A stretch of 64,000 nt of DNA from Candidatus Latescibacterota bacterium (GTDB taxonomy: Bacteria > Latescibacterota > UBA2968), in NCBI GenBank assembly GCA_965204375.1, contig OZ241986.1, positions 4,416,001 to 4,480,000 of the forward strand, given 5' to 3'. Both the position numbers and the translations under genes were made by a program. Shown piece by piece: positions 42,526 to 53,336 of this stretch; positions within the stretch are counted from its first letter, which is position 1, and every line of letters starts with the position of its first letter. The notes under the pieces were generated by a model. That model saw only the letters and a program-made list of their open reading frames with translations. It was not told the DNA's origin and searched no databases.

Positions 42526-43050
42526 ATGATCGCAAAAACCGTGTTGTTCGTGTTCGTCATTCTATTTCTTCCGCTTCAAAAGGGCGATGCCCAAGACCAA
42601 GAAGGGCGCGCCGAAGTCTTCCTTGCGATGGGCAGGCATGTCGAACTCAATGAGTTAGACGATTTGGGACCGCGGGATAACAAAATGTATCTGGCGGGAC
42701 ACCTGCTCTATAATTTTTCTGAAACGCAGTCCATCGGTGTGCGGTTTGGGCGCACAGCGCATTCAAAGATCGAATGGTTTGCCACATATCGGCATAGTTG
42801 GCGACAAAGACAGCCCACACGCATTTATTTTGGGGCTGGATTGGGTGCGAGCGAGTCTCTTGAAACTTTTTACGGCGGAGGTATGCGATTTTCTATGTCC
42901 TTCGCGGTGGGGATAAAGCGTTTTTTGGGAGAACATTGGTCTTTGGATCTTGAATCGAGAGGTGTGGGCTTTACGCAGAAAAAGGATCCATTTACAGATG
43001 AGACAGTCACTGTCAATGAACTCACATTTGCATTGGGATACCTGTTCTAA
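42526..43050 (+). CDS. Outer-membrane beta-barrel protein
   Basis: Signal peptide, alternating beta pattern, C-terminal LGYLF. Confidence 0.7.
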   Translation: MIAKTVLFVFVILFLPLQKGDAQDQEGRAEVFLAMGRHVELNELDDLGPRDNKMYLAGHLLYNFSETQSIGVRFGRTAHSKIEWFATYRHSWRQRQPTRIYFGAGLGASESLETFYGGGMRFSMSFAVGIKRFLGEHWSLDLESRGVGFTQKKDPFTDETVTVNELTFALGYLF

Positions 43051-43323
43051 CACGCAATGAAAGCGATTTTATATTTCGCAATGGTGCTGTTTTGGACTTG
43101 ACCCGTTTTGGTGGGTACCTTTCAAACGATACACAATGTTGTATTCCCATTTCGACCAGCCATCAGGTTGGTGGTACGATCGGAGGCATACTTTGCTTTG
43201 ACAGGTGAAGTATGCCTTCTCTTTTTATTTTTTGTTCTACAAAATAAGCGTATCATGTAATGCCCCGCAATTCAAGACAAAAATGTACCAGTCCTGATGA
43301 CACCAAACTCTCGAGGTGGTGCG

Positions 43324-44484
43324 ATGAACACTCAAAGCGAGCACAGAGACCAAATCCTCACAGCCCTTGAAGAGACGGCGAGCCATTACAAGGCGATCCT
43401 GGAAACCACCGTTGACGCGATTATCACGATTGACAGTCAGGGAATTGTACAAACATTCAATTCCGCTGCCGAGAAAATATTCGGCTATCAGGCTGAGGAA
43501 GTGATCGGAAACAATGTCAAGATGCTGATGCCCGAACCCTATCGAAGTGAACATGACAACTATATTGGCAGATATCTCAAAACCGGCGTACCCAAAATTA
43601 TCGGAATAGGACGTCAGGTGAACGGCCTGCGTAAAGATGGGACTGAATTTCCAATGGATCTGGCTGTCAGCGAGGTCCCCTTAAAAGACAAGCGATTATT
43701 TGCTGGCATTATCCGCGACATGACAGAGCGCATACTTTTGGAGGAGCAATTGGTGCAATCAACCAAACTCGCAGCCGTGGGGAGATTGATTAGCGGGATT
43801 GCACATGAGGTGAACAACCCCGTGAGCATTATCAAACTCCATATCGCCAGTGTGATGCAAAATATCGAAAGTCAAAAATTGCCAGAGGACCTGATCGAGA
43901 CACTAAGGGTCATTCAACGCCAGAACAATAAGATCGGGCAGATCATATCGGGGCTACAGGCTTTTTCTCGGCAGGAATCTTTCAGCCCTGACTGGATCAA
44001 TGTCAACCAGACCGTGCATACTGCCTTGAGACTGGTTGAAAATACGCTACAAAATCAGGACATTGTGTATCAGGCTGAATTGGAAGACAGTTTGCCCAAA
44101 GTGTTTTTGGATCCCATACGCATAGAGCAGGTGTTTTTGAACCTGTTTAACAATGCGATTGAAGCGATGCCCGATGGCGGTGTTTTGACCGTATCAACGA
44201 CACTGGAGACAGACCAGACAGATGAAGATTGGATGGTGATTCGGGTAAGAGATACAGGCACAGGCATTGAGAAAGAACATCTCACCCAGCTATTTGATCC
44301 ATTTTTTACAACCAAAGAAGTGGGTGAAGGAACGGGGCTGGGTCTTTCGGTCAGTTATGGTTTAATTCAAGAGCATGGAGGCCGAATTGAGGTGAGCAGT
44401 CAACCGGGCAAAGGCAGTGAGTTCCAGATTTATCTTCCCTTTAGACGAATAGACGAATCAACGAATAGACGGAACGGGGTATAA
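43324..44484 (+). CDS. FixL-like PAS histidine kinase
   Basis: LMPEPYRSEHDNYI...KIIGIGR...RKDG PAS; AHEVNNP; HATPase. Confidence 0.92.
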   Translation: MNTQSEHRDQILTALEETASHYKAILETTVDAIITIDSQGIVQTFNSAAEKIFGYQAEEVIGNNVKMLMPEPYRSEHDNYIGRYLKTGVPKIIGIGRQVNGLRKDGTEFPMDLAVSEVPLKDKRLFAGIIRDMTERILLEEQLVQSTKLAAVGRLISGIAHEVNNPVSIIKLHIASVMQNIESQKLPEDLIETLRVIQRQNNKIGQIISGLQAFSRQESFSPDWINVNQTVHTALRLVENTLQNQDIVYQAELEDSLPKVFLDPIRIEQVFLNLFNNAIEAMPDGGVLTVSTTLETDQTDEDWMVIRVRDTGTGIEKEHLTQLFDPFFTTKEVGEGTGLGLSVSYGLIQEHGGRIEVSSQPGKGSEFQIYLPFRRIDESTNRRNGV

Positions 44485-44648
44485 CTGGTCGTTCCCAGAC
44501 CAGTTCATCAACGGAGCGGTGTAAAACTGGTCGTCTCCCAGACCAGTTCATAGACGAATCCCGCCACCCAAAATGTATCCGCAGATGGACGCAGATGGGG
44601 AAGGCGCAGCTATACACCGTTTTGTACAGATGCACAGCGGAGAAAAAT

Positions 44649-46004
44649 ATGGACAAAGAGAAAATCCTCATCATAGATGACGAGCGGGACATGTTGCGCG
44701 GTTGCCAGAAGTTTTTGGGGACAGCAGGATACGCTGTTGTCGTGGCAGAATCAGGTGAGGATGGTCTCGCGTTGTTCGAGACAGAAAACCCCGACCTGAC
44801 CATTGTGGATTTGAAGATGCCCGGAATGGACGGGATGGCAGTACTTGAAAGCATTATGGCACGCGATCAAGAGGCTGTTGTGATCGTCTTTACCGGGTAT
44901 GGAACCATCGAGAGTGCCGTGAAAGCGATCAGGGCAGGCGCGTTCGACTTTGTTCAGAAACCATTTGATCCAGATGCATTTCTAATCGTGATAGAACGAG
45001 CATTGAAACTGCGGCAGGTGAGGATGGAGAACATAGCTCTGAAGCAAATGCTGGACACGCGGTTTCGATTCGAAAATATCATTGGGAATAGTGAGGCAAT
45101 CTCTCAGGTTTTTGATTTGATACGAAAAATCAGTAATACACCTGCCAATGTCCTGATCACAGGAGAGAGCGGAACGGGAAAAGAACTGGTGGCCCGGTGT
45201 ATTCATGCCAATAGCAAGCGCAGCCATAAGCCGTTTGTTCCGCTCAACTGCGGGGGCCTGCCAGAGCCTCTCATTGAAAGTGAGATATTTGGTCATACAG
45301 AGGGAGCATTCACAGATGCGAAACAGAACCGCGTAGGGTTAATCGAACACGCTAAGGGCGGGACATTTTTTCTCGATGAAATCGGGGAATTGCCCATGTC
45401 CCTTCAGGTGAAATTCTTGCGGGTTTTGGAAGACCACAAAATTCGCAGGCTGGGAAGCAATGAGGAGATAGAAATCGACATCCGTCTCATCTCAGCGACC
45501 AATCAGAATATCGAGGCGTTGATTGGAGAGGGCAGGTTTCGAGAAGATTTATTTTATCGACTTAACACATTTGAAATTCACTTACCGCCTCTCAGGGAAC
45601 GGCAGGGAGATATTCAACTTCTTACTCATCACTTTTTGAACTACTTCGCCGAGACCTCTGAAAAGGCGATTCAAGGTATTTCAACTGAGGCGATGGATGT
45701 ATTGTGCGAATATACCTGGCCAGGCAATGTGCGGGAATTGATGCATGTGATGGAGCGAGCCGTTGCCCTGTCAGAAGAAGATCGTGAAATTACGCCTGAT
45801 TTGTTCCCAGAGCCTATTGGGGGTAGCCTGGGGGTAGAGCCACAGACTAAAGGCCATTTAAAAGCGAGGGTCGCGGAGTTTGAAAAGCATATAATCCAGG
45901 ATGTGCTCAAGAAACACGCAGGCAATATCACGCATGCAGCTAAAGAATTAGGGCTGACCCGCGATGGTTTAATAAAAAAGATGGAGCGTCTAAAGATGCG
46001 TTAG
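44649..46004 (+). CDS. sigma54-dependent response regulator, copy 2
   Basis: Same REC/AAA+ motifs as copy 1; C-terminal GNITHAAKELGLTR HTH. Confidence 0.95.
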   Translation: MDKEKILIIDDERDMLRGCQKFLGTAGYAVVVAESGEDGLALFETENPDLTIVDLKMPGMDGMAVLESIMARDQEAVVIVFTGYGTIESAVKAIRAGAFDFVQKPFDPDAFLIVIERALKLRQVRMENIALKQMLDTRFRFENIIGNSEAISQVFDLIRKISNTPANVLITGESGTGKELVARCIHANSKRSHKPFVPLNCGGLPEPLIESEIFGHTEGAFTDAKQNRVGLIEHAKGGTFFLDEIGELPMSLQVKFLRVLEDHKIRRLGSNEEIEIDIRLISATNQNIEALIGEGRFREDLFYRLNTFEIHLPPLRERQGDIQLLTHHFLNYFAETSEKAIQGISTEAMDVLCEYTWPGNVRELMHVMERAVALSEEDREITPDLFPEPIGGSLGVEPQTKGHLKARVAEFEKHIIQDVLKKHAGNITHAAKELGLTRDGLIKKMERLKMR

Positions 46005-46027
46005 CAAATCGGACGTGACCTTGTGAG

Positions 46028-46078
46028 GTGTATAATTTTTTCGTGGTTTCTTTTCCAATCGTATAAAAAATTATACAC
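46028..46078. promoter_or_regulatory. 14-bp-arm inverted repeat, candidate upstream activator site
   Basis: gtgtataatttttt-N23-aaaaaattatacac, ~108 bp upstream of the -24 element. Confidence 0.55.
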
Positions 46079-46185
46079 TCGCAGAAAGCGACAACTTATA
46101 GCACCTGAAACATAAAAATTTTATCTTTTTGTTTTTTCAAGCACTTGAGCGTTTTCAAGTGCTTTTTTTATTTTAAATGAACTTA

Positions 46186-46201
46186 TGGCACAAATTTTGC
46201 T
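46186..46201 (+). promoter_or_regulatory. sigma54 -24/-12 promoter
   Basis: TGGCACAAATTTTGCT, GG-N10-GC. Confidence 0.85.
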
Positions 46202-46256
46202 TAATAATAAAAGCGAAGACAGCAATAACATGAGATTTTTACATGTGAGGTGACTT

Positions 46257-46460
46257 ATGGTTATCCAGGAGCCTTTAACAAAACGTCTGGCGTATCGGTC
46301 TCTGATTTATGCCATGTTGGGCGACAAAACTCAATCTGAAGCATTGCGCGCAACGATGGATCGACTGAATCATCAAAGAGCAGGTTTAGAAGGTCAGTCA
46401 GGCAAAGACGATTCTGCAAAATCTTACCCCGGACCACAGGATACGATCTTTGAACGTTAA
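46257..46460 (+). CDS. Conserved small protein (67 aa), paralog of 17883..18071
   Basis: GAGGTG RBS; LAYRSLIYAMLGDKTQSEAL. Confidence 0.7.
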   Translation: MVIQEPLTKRLAYRSLIYAMLGDKTQSEALRATMDRLNHQRAGLEGQSGKDDSAKSYPGPQDTIFER

Positions 46461-46749
46461 TCGCATATCTTTAGGCGCGCTATCGCCATTAACTGGCAGT
46501 TGATGATGTATATTTGAGAGTGCTGGCTAAAGCGAATAACTGCTATGAGACAGACCTGATTGACCTGTTCAATACCCTTCGCAACATCTATGGGATTACA
46601 CCTGAGCATATTCATAAGTTCGCGGATCGAAATTCTACACTCCCACCAGACGCTCAAAAAAGAAAACAGAATGCCTGTTATATGACAATTTTCAATACGT
46701 TTTTTCGGCACTGAATGTACAATCGAAGAGATTAAAAACTGAGGGAGGA

Positions 46750-48450
46750 ATGACCATGAAATCTCTCAAGATATGGCTCGTATTGCTTTCGATTGGATTC
46801 TTGCAGTGTGGCAAGTCTCCGGATTATTCTCAGGGACCGACAAGTTCTGGCGGTGAGGTTAGTATTCATCTGCTGAGTGTTGTGTATCAGCCGGACAAGG
46901 GTGCTGTTCTAATTCAATGGAACCAGACGGGTGATGCCGGCAAGGGCAATTTTCACATCCAACGCAAAGCAAGCGGTGGCGAGTTTGCAGAAATCGGTCA
47001 GAAAGCCGCTGATAGTTCGGGTTCTGATGCGGGCATTTTCTCTTTTTTAGACACAGAAGCACTTGCTGGCGAATTGATGTCTTATCGGGTAGTCTTGCGT
47101 TTGGAAGATAAGTGGACCTCTCCAAGCAATGTGCTGCAAACCCAGATACCTGGTGCAAGGTTGTTGGATGTGCGTCTTGACCCAAAGGCTGCAACGGTTC
47201 AGATACGTTGGTGGAATCCCGATGTAGAGCAGGGGATGACTTATGAGGTGGTTCGACGCATTGGAGAGGATTCAGAAGCAGTGGTGTATCGGACGATGGA
47301 TGCAGTGTCGAAAGCGTTTGTGGATGGACCGATAGTGGGAAACGAAGTGCATACATATTGGATTCGCACGCTGACGCAGGGGGGATCGAAGTTGGAAAGC
47401 AGGTCTCATGAAACGGGTCTCTACCTCCCATCTTACTCGACTCAGTTTACGAAAACACCCGAAATATCCGTACGTCTTGCGGTAGGTACTATTAGTTCCT
47501 ATACGACGCACCCGCTTCTTTGTGTATTTGAGGCTGGTGGTGTGACAATGCACCGCAAGGCATATTACCCACCAGAGAGTCGGGTAGTCCCTCCCGGAAG
47601 ACCGCCGACGGTTGATGAAGCATCTATCTATCTGAATGAGGGTCCTGCTCTGGCAACTTCTTCTATTTCTGCGGCAGGCTCTTCCTTACCAGTGATTTGG
47701 AATCCAGTGACTGCTCGTTTGGATGGCCGCCGCGACGGAGAGACTTTTATTGCGGGTATTGACCCTCATACACGAGCGATTCATATTAAGCTTTTTTCTA
47801 CCGATATGTCCAGATGGATTTTTCAGTTTATGTTACCGTATCCCTATCTATCTGAACCGCCTGTCTGGCATGTTGATTCCACTGACCGTATAGCCATGAC
47901 ACAAGAATTTGTAAAACGGTATGATCAGTATGATCATTGGCGGCTCTACGTGGTCGCAGGTGGCACGCTGAAAATTTTCAACATTTTTCAATTTAGGGAC
48001 CTTCCGAAGAGAGCTGAAATCGTTGAAGTGTGGTCTGAATTCATCCAGGCGACAACTCCACCTTATGATCTGTTATTCTGGAAAAACACGCTCTGGATGT
48101 CCTTTCCCAAAGAACACCGCCTTGTAAAAGCACAGATCGACTTTAGCAATGATGAAAAACCTCAGAATATTATCTGGCGCGATATTCCGCTGATGGATGG
48201 TATGCAGCCCAGCGCATTGACAGTCAATTTTTCAGGTCAGTTGTGTGTGCTGGATATGCACAACAGTAAAATTTGGATGCTAAATCAAGATGGCGATCCC
48301 ATAACCCATATTGAAGTCAAAGGTCCGGGTTTTATGCAGGACGGGCGCCTGAATGGCGATCTTGTCTCTGGTCTCGAAGAGGGACAGGATGTGCTCTATG
48401 TGCTCAAACCATCGGGTCATCTGATGGTGCTTAAGACCGAGATGCCATGA
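46750..48450 (+). CDS. Lipoprotein with FN3-like and possible beta-propeller regions
   Basis: Lipobox-like FLQC; FHIQRK...FLD...SYRV and YEVVRR...FVD...YWIR repeats. Confidence 0.6.
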   Translation: MTMKSLKIWLVLLSIGFLQCGKSPDYSQGPTSSGGEVSIHLLSVVYQPDKGAVLIQWNQTGDAGKGNFHIQRKASGGEFAEIGQKAADSSGSDAGIFSFLDTEALAGELMSYRVVLRLEDKWTSPSNVLQTQIPGARLLDVRLDPKAATVQIRWWNPDVEQGMTYEVVRRIGEDSEAVVYRTMDAVSKAFVDGPIVGNEVHTYWIRTLTQGGSKLESRSHETGLYLPSYSTQFTKTPEISVRLAVGTISSYTTHPLLCVFEAGGVTMHRKAYYPPESRVVPPGRPPTVDEASIYLNEGPALATSSISAAGSSLPVIWNPVTARLDGRRDGETFIAGIDPHTRAIHIKLFSTDMSRWIFQFMLPYPYLSEPPVWHVDSTDRIAMTQEFVKRYDQYDHWRLYVVAGGTLKIFNIFQFRDLPKRAEIVEVWSEFIQATTPPYDLLFWKNTLWMSFPKEHRLVKAQIDFSNDEKPQNIIWRDIPLMDGMQPSALTVNFSGQLCVLDMHNSKIWMLNQDGDPITHIEVKGPGFMQDGRLNGDLVSGLEEGQDVLYVLKPSGHLMVLKTEMP

Positions 48451-48473
48451 TGGTATGACAGAGAAATGGGTCG

Positions 48474-50867
48474 ATGCTCAAAAATTACTTCACAGTTTCA
48501 ATTCGAAACGTACTGCGAAACCGCATCTATTCCCTGATCAATATTTTGGGCCTGGCAATGGGCATCGCGCTTTGCATTCTGGTCTATCTCTATGTTTATC
48601 ACGAGTGGACTTACGACACATTTCACGAAAATGCAGACCGCATTTACAGGGTCTATAAAATAGAAGAGCGGGCACGCGGTCAAACATCACATGGGGCCTA
48701 TGTTCGCGCCCCCTTATCACTGGCACTTGAGAATCGATTCGCGGACATTGAGCACTGCGTTAGACTCACAAAAAAGAAGGTCCAGGTGAATTATGGCGAT
48801 AACGCCTTTCATGAAAATATACTCTTTGTCGATACGGGTTTTTTCGATGTATTCACTTTTCCGCTGCTTCAGGGACAATCTGAATCTGTTTTCAGGCATA
48901 AAAATGCGATTATTTTGAGCGAGAGGATGGCCCGTAAATATTTCGGTGATGAATATCCTCTATATGAAAAACTCTCAATAAAATTATGGGAAGTACACGA
49001 ATTTATCGTCACGGGAATTGTGCAAAATCCTCCTGAAAACTCCAGTATTCAATTTGATTTTTTACTCCCCTATCAGAGCATGCCTCTTTTTGGAACGGAT
49101 ATCGACAGTTGGAATATTTATATGCCAACTTCGCTTTATGTCCAATTGCCCGGTACGGCACGGGCGACAGACCTTGAAGCGCGATTTCCAGACCTTGTTG
49201 AAGCGGTCATAAATAAAAGCGCGAGCAGGTTCCCATTCCAGTTAAAACTGCAACCGATAACAGACATACATCTCAATCCCGACATTCCTGGCCCTGAATC
49301 TGTGGGCAATCCGATATATGCCTATATTTTATCGGGCATTGCACTGGGAGTTCTCCTGATTGCGTGTATCAATTTTATGAACCTGTCCATTGCGGTTTCT
49401 TTCACGCGCGCAAAAGAAATTGGCATGCGCAAGGTGGTTGGTGCTTCACGCACGCAACTCGTTCAGCAATTCTGGTGTGAGTCATTTTTGTTGACATTGA
49501 TCTCCTGTGTTCTTGGCGCGGTGCTGGCAGCCTCTTTTTTGCCGACCTTTAATCGTTTGATAGATAAACATCTCTCTGTTGATTATTACATCCATAACAT
49601 GACGCTTGTCATCCTTCTTGGCCTGATCTTTTGCGTGAGCTTTATTGCTGGCGGTTATCCCGCAGCATTCTTATCGGGGTTTCGTCCTGTAGAATCATTA
49701 AAAAATACATTGAATATCGAGTGGAGAAATTATTTTCGTCAGGGTTTTGTCCTTTTTCAGTTCATCCTATCTACATTTTTTATCATCAGCACGATTCTTA
49801 TGTACAGTCAAATAGGTTTTTTGAAATCCAAAAATTTGGGTTTTGATGCAGAGCAAATCGTTGTATTCCGCATCGGCAATTTGGAATCTTCTGATCAGGC
49901 GAGGATGCTGGATATTTTCAAGAATGAATTACCCAAACATCCTGCCATCATCGGGGTCTCTGGGGCTTCTTTTATATTTAACGATCCATTCATCGGACGC
50001 GCTTTTTATTCGATAAAAAAAGGGGATAGAAAACGAACTGAGATTCATCGTTTGGGTGTTGATTCCAATTTTTTTAGTATGCTCGATATTGACTTAGATA
50101 GTGGTCGCGGTTTTAGGCAGAGGATCGCGCCCGATGGCATTGTGATAAACAATGCGTGGAAAGAGACTTTTAAGTGGGATGAACCGACGGAAAATCATGT
50201 CAGATATAGATTTGAAGACTTGCGATATCCCACACTCCAAAATCCTCGAGTAATCGGCGTTGTAGAAGATTTTCATTATCTGTCACTACATCATGCGATT
50301 AAACCCACCATTTTCTATCAGACTTCCTCACCCAGATATTTGTACGTTAAAATTCGTTCTGACAATATCTCCACTGCGCTATCATTAATAAAAGATAGGT
50401 GGAACGAATTCGATGCTGGCCTTCCTCTCGAATACATATTTCTCGACAAACACGTTGAACGTCAGTATCAAGAAGAAGAAAGGTGGGGACAAGTTGTTGC
50501 CTACGCTTCCTGTTTTGCAATTGTTATCGCCTGCCTCGGTGCCTTTGGCTCGACAATGCTTGCAATGACCCGGAGAACAAAAGAGATTGGCATTCGAAAA
50601 ATTCTCGGTGCTTCTGTAATGCATATTATCTCGTTGGTTTCAAGAGACTTTATACGACTGGTGTTCATTGGCAATATGATTGCCTGGCCTATTGTCTATT
50701 ATGTGATAGATCGATGGTTACAGGATTTTTCTTACCGCATTGATCCCAATATTGGGCATTTTCTATGCGGCGGGGGACTCGTCGTGCTCATCGTATTTTT
50801 GACGGTGGGCTGTTTAGCTGTCAAAGTCGCCAAAAATGATCCCGTGAAAGCCATTCGGTATGAATAG
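48474..50867 (+). CDS. MacB/FtsX-family ABC permease
   Basis: INILGLAMG, RAKEIGMRKVVGA and RTKEIGIRKILGA. Confidence 0.92.
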   Translation: MLKNYFTVSIRNVLRNRIYSLINILGLAMGIALCILVYLYVYHEWTYDTFHENADRIYRVYKIEERARGQTSHGAYVRAPLSLALENRFADIEHCVRLTKKKVQVNYGDNAFHENILFVDTGFFDVFTFPLLQGQSESVFRHKNAIILSERMARKYFGDEYPLYEKLSIKLWEVHEFIVTGIVQNPPENSSIQFDFLLPYQSMPLFGTDIDSWNIYMPTSLYVQLPGTARATDLEARFPDLVEAVINKSASRFPFQLKLQPITDIHLNPDIPGPESVGNPIYAYILSGIALGVLLIACINFMNLSIAVSFTRAKEIGMRKVVGASRTQLVQQFWCESFLLTLISCVLGAVLAASFLPTFNRLIDKHLSVDYYIHNMTLVILLGLIFCVSFIAGGYPAAFLSGFRPVESLKNTLNIEWRNYFRQGFVLFQFILSTFFIISTILMYSQIGFLKSKNLGFDAEQIVVFRIGNLESSDQARMLDIFKNELPKHPAIIGVSGASFIFNDPFIGRAFYSIKKGDRKRTEIHRLGVDSNFFSMLDIDLDSGRGFRQRIAPDGIVINNAWKETFKWDEPTENHVRYRFEDLRYPTLQNPRVIGVVEDFHYLSLHHAIKPTIFYQTSSPRYLYVKIRSDNISTALSLIKDRWNEFDAGLPLEYIFLDKHVERQYQEEERWGQVVAYASCFAIVIACLGAFGSTMLAMTRRTKEIGIRKILGASVMHIISLVSRDFIRLVFIGNMIAWPIVYYVIDRWLQDFSYRIDPNIGHFLCGGGLVVLIVFLTVGCLAVKVAKNDPVKAIRYE

Positions 50868-51057
50868 GCGCACTTTTATACTATTTACGGTAAGACAGGA
50901 AATTTATAGAAATGAGATATTCTCTTTCAATTTTATTCCTCGTGTTTTCTGCGTCGCGGCTAAATCCAGTGATCCTTATGGTGACGCACTCAGCCCATCC
51001 ACAACATTGACAATTTTCAATACGTTTTTTCGGCACTGAATGTACAAGGGAGGAGAT

Positions 51058-51711
51058 ATGAGATACTTTATGGGTATTCTGATATTAGCGGTCCTGTTCT
51101 ATCCCGCCTCGATTCTTGGACAACCGACACTCTCTATTAGGGAGGGCCTGAATCTGGCAACCTTGAGCGGAGAGATAATGGATAGGCATCCAGTGAATGC
51201 ACGCGCCACCCTCAAGATGGGTGTTTCCGGGACTTTTCCAGTACGGGGCAGATTTGGCTTTCAACTCAATGGTGACTATGTGCAAAAGGGTGCTCATGAC
51301 TTCTTATACGATTTCATCATAGAAGTTGACTATATTGAGTTTTCTGGGCTAGTCAATATCACACTTATCTCCCCCTATCGTGCCCCTTCTTTATTTATAC
51401 TCGCAGGGCCATCAGTGGCATTCAAAGTTAGGAGCGAGGGCGAACAGTTAGCGAGAAGACACTGGAGAGACCGCTTCGAGTTCAAGACCACAGACTTTGG
51501 TATCATTGTAGGACTTGGCACGCAAATGACATTTTCTGAAGCGATGATACTCAAGGCAGAATTGCTATACACCGAGGGCATCCAATCTATTAACAAAACC
51601 ATTTTCGATGATCCCAACTATAGAATGGGAAAAGCCAATAGTATTAGAAACCGAGCGCTCTCCGTCTGTGTCGGATTCGGTTTTCCTTATGGGCGAAGAA
51701 CGGGAGGTTAA
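51058..51711 (+). CDS. Porin-family outer-membrane beta-barrel protein
   Basis: Signal peptide; GLNLA, YVQKG and DFGIIVGLG. Confidence 0.7.
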   Translation: MRYFMGILILAVLFYPASILGQPTLSIREGLNLATLSGEIMDRHPVNARATLKMGVSGTFPVRGRFGFQLNGDYVQKGAHDFLYDFIIEVDYIEFSGLVNITLISPYRAPSLFILAGPSVAFKVRSEGEQLARRHWRDRFEFKTTDFGIIVGLGTQMTFSEAMILKAELLYTEGIQSINKTIFDDPNYRMGKANSIRNRALSVCVGFGFPYGRRTGG

Positions 51712-51712
51712 A

Positions 51713-53107
51713 ATGGACTCTGTCATGTCAACATGTATTCGCATGATCATCGTGGTAGCAATAGCTACTGGTGTGATGGAGAGCACTGGATGGGCACAGG
51801 AGATTGAGCCGGCTGTGACTTCATTTGTGATAGGCGGCGTGACACTCCAGGAAGATGTGAAGAATCCCCCCGTGCCGAGTGGCATGCAGAGATTTGAAAT
51901 TACAATGAATAAACCAGTCGTAACTTTTAACGAATTGAGGGAACCTGAAACTTTGCCCTATTTCGATGGCGACAGCATTGCTATAGCAACTATCACTAAG
52001 TACTTTGATATTGACCGAGATTTTATTTCCTATCCTCCTGATCTGATTGTAGAAGTTCTAACTGCTCCTGACCTATCAGCCAGTGCGGATGGCTTTACAT
52101 TAACAGGGACTATCAATTTGCCTGACAGTATGAGCTACCAGGTACTTATTGGTGAGTCGGATCCAGACCCTATTGATGAACAGCAGCAATATTTCTTTGG
52201 GACTTCAGAACTGCCAGATGCTGTTATTTCCGGTGTAGGCACCTTACCTGATGGTTTTACAGTCAACACGCGGTCACACCCAGGCGGAGCCATAATTATT
52301 GACCCTGAACGATTTGTGACGGCTTTCCCATACTACCAAGAATGGGATGATCTGATCATATTATCTATGGTTCGCATTGCCGATTTCAATGAACAACAGA
52401 TGTTTGAGATAAAACATGTCCCTGATGGCGCTTATGCAATGATAATGGGAGCGGATCTGCTCGATTCAGTGGGAAATAGGTTTCAGTCACTTACTCCCAG
52501 AGGAATCAATCTTACGACAGGTGAGGTCGATTCTACCGAATTTGTTCATGTCATTGGTGGCAAAAGTGTAACAGATTTACAAATGATGTTACAGATAGTA
52601 CCGCGGGATCCAGAGCCACAGATTTCTGAAATTCTGGAGGTCAGGGTTCAAAGCGTCAATGCTGAAACAAAATCTTTTGTCATTCAACCTGGCAACCAAC
52701 AGATACAGATAGATGCTTCAGAGGCCCTGGCAGTTTCCCCAGACCAAATAAGTGCTGAGGAGATACTCAAGATCTTTTTGTTCAATTCTGATGATTTCGC
52801 ACGAATCATTTTTCCTATTACCGACCTGATGGTAGGAGATACCGTTTCTCTCCTGGGAACATACACTTCTAAAACGATGTTCCAGGCCTTTATAGTAATC
52901 CGCCATGAATCGCCTCTGGCACGGAATGGAGATATAGATGGGGACGGAGATGTCGATTTCTCTGATTTTATACTTTTTACTTCTGCCTTCGGCACAATTG
53001 AAGGGGGAATAGGATACAATCCCGCAGCAGATTTGGACGGGGATGGTGCGGTCGTCTTCTCAGACTTTCTGATATTTGCCAGTGCCTTTGGCAAGCCCGT
53101 GGGTTAG
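51713..53107 (+). CDS. Secreted protein with C-terminal dockerin/EF-hand-like pair
   Basis: GDIDGDGDVDFSDF and ADLDGDGAVVFSDF. Confidence 0.75.
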   Translation: MDSVMSTCIRMIIVVAIATGVMESTGWAQEIEPAVTSFVIGGVTLQEDVKNPPVPSGMQRFEITMNKPVVTFNELREPETLPYFDGDSIAIATITKYFDIDRDFISYPPDLIVEVLTAPDLSASADGFTLTGTINLPDSMSYQVLIGESDPDPIDEQQQYFFGTSELPDAVISGVGTLPDGFTVNTRSHPGGAIIIDPERFVTAFPYYQEWDDLIILSMVRIADFNEQQMFEIKHVPDGAYAMIMGADLLDSVGNRFQSLTPRGINLTTGEVDSTEFVHVIGGKSVTDLQMMLQIVPRDPEPQISEILEVRVQSVNAETKSFVIQPGNQQIQIDASEALAVSPDQISAEEILKIFLFNSDDFARIIFPITDLMVGDTVSLLGTYTSKTMFQAFIVIRHESPLARNGDIDGDGDVDFSDFILFTSAFGTIEGGIGYNPAADLDGDGAVVFSDFLIFASAFGKPVG

Positions 53108-53172
53108 GCGTATGGTATGACACACCATAAACAGCCCAGAGGCTGCCCCCCGGGCTGTTTTCTATTTCTCTA

Positions 53173-53292
53173 AAATGAAAAGATCGAGTCCTTTTTAGCT
53201 CGCTCTTTTTTTGCTAAAATGCTTCATTGTGCTACGCGGGGCATAATTTAATACGGCTCGTTGACACCCTTTTGAATTTGGGCTATATTGCT
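53173..53292 (+). repeat. ~120-bp terminator+promoter cassette repeat (full copy)
   Basis: Hairpin with T tract, conserved spacer, TTGACA(53261)-17-TATATT. Confidence 0.9.
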
Positions 53293-53336
53293 TGAAATGA
53301 TCAAGATCACCTGAAAATCAGTTCTGGAGTTTAATA

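Noticed and set aside
46514-46714. 66-aa ORF as a second precursor peptide
   Set aside because: No RBS, no leader similarity and no maturase in that operon; probably gene debris.
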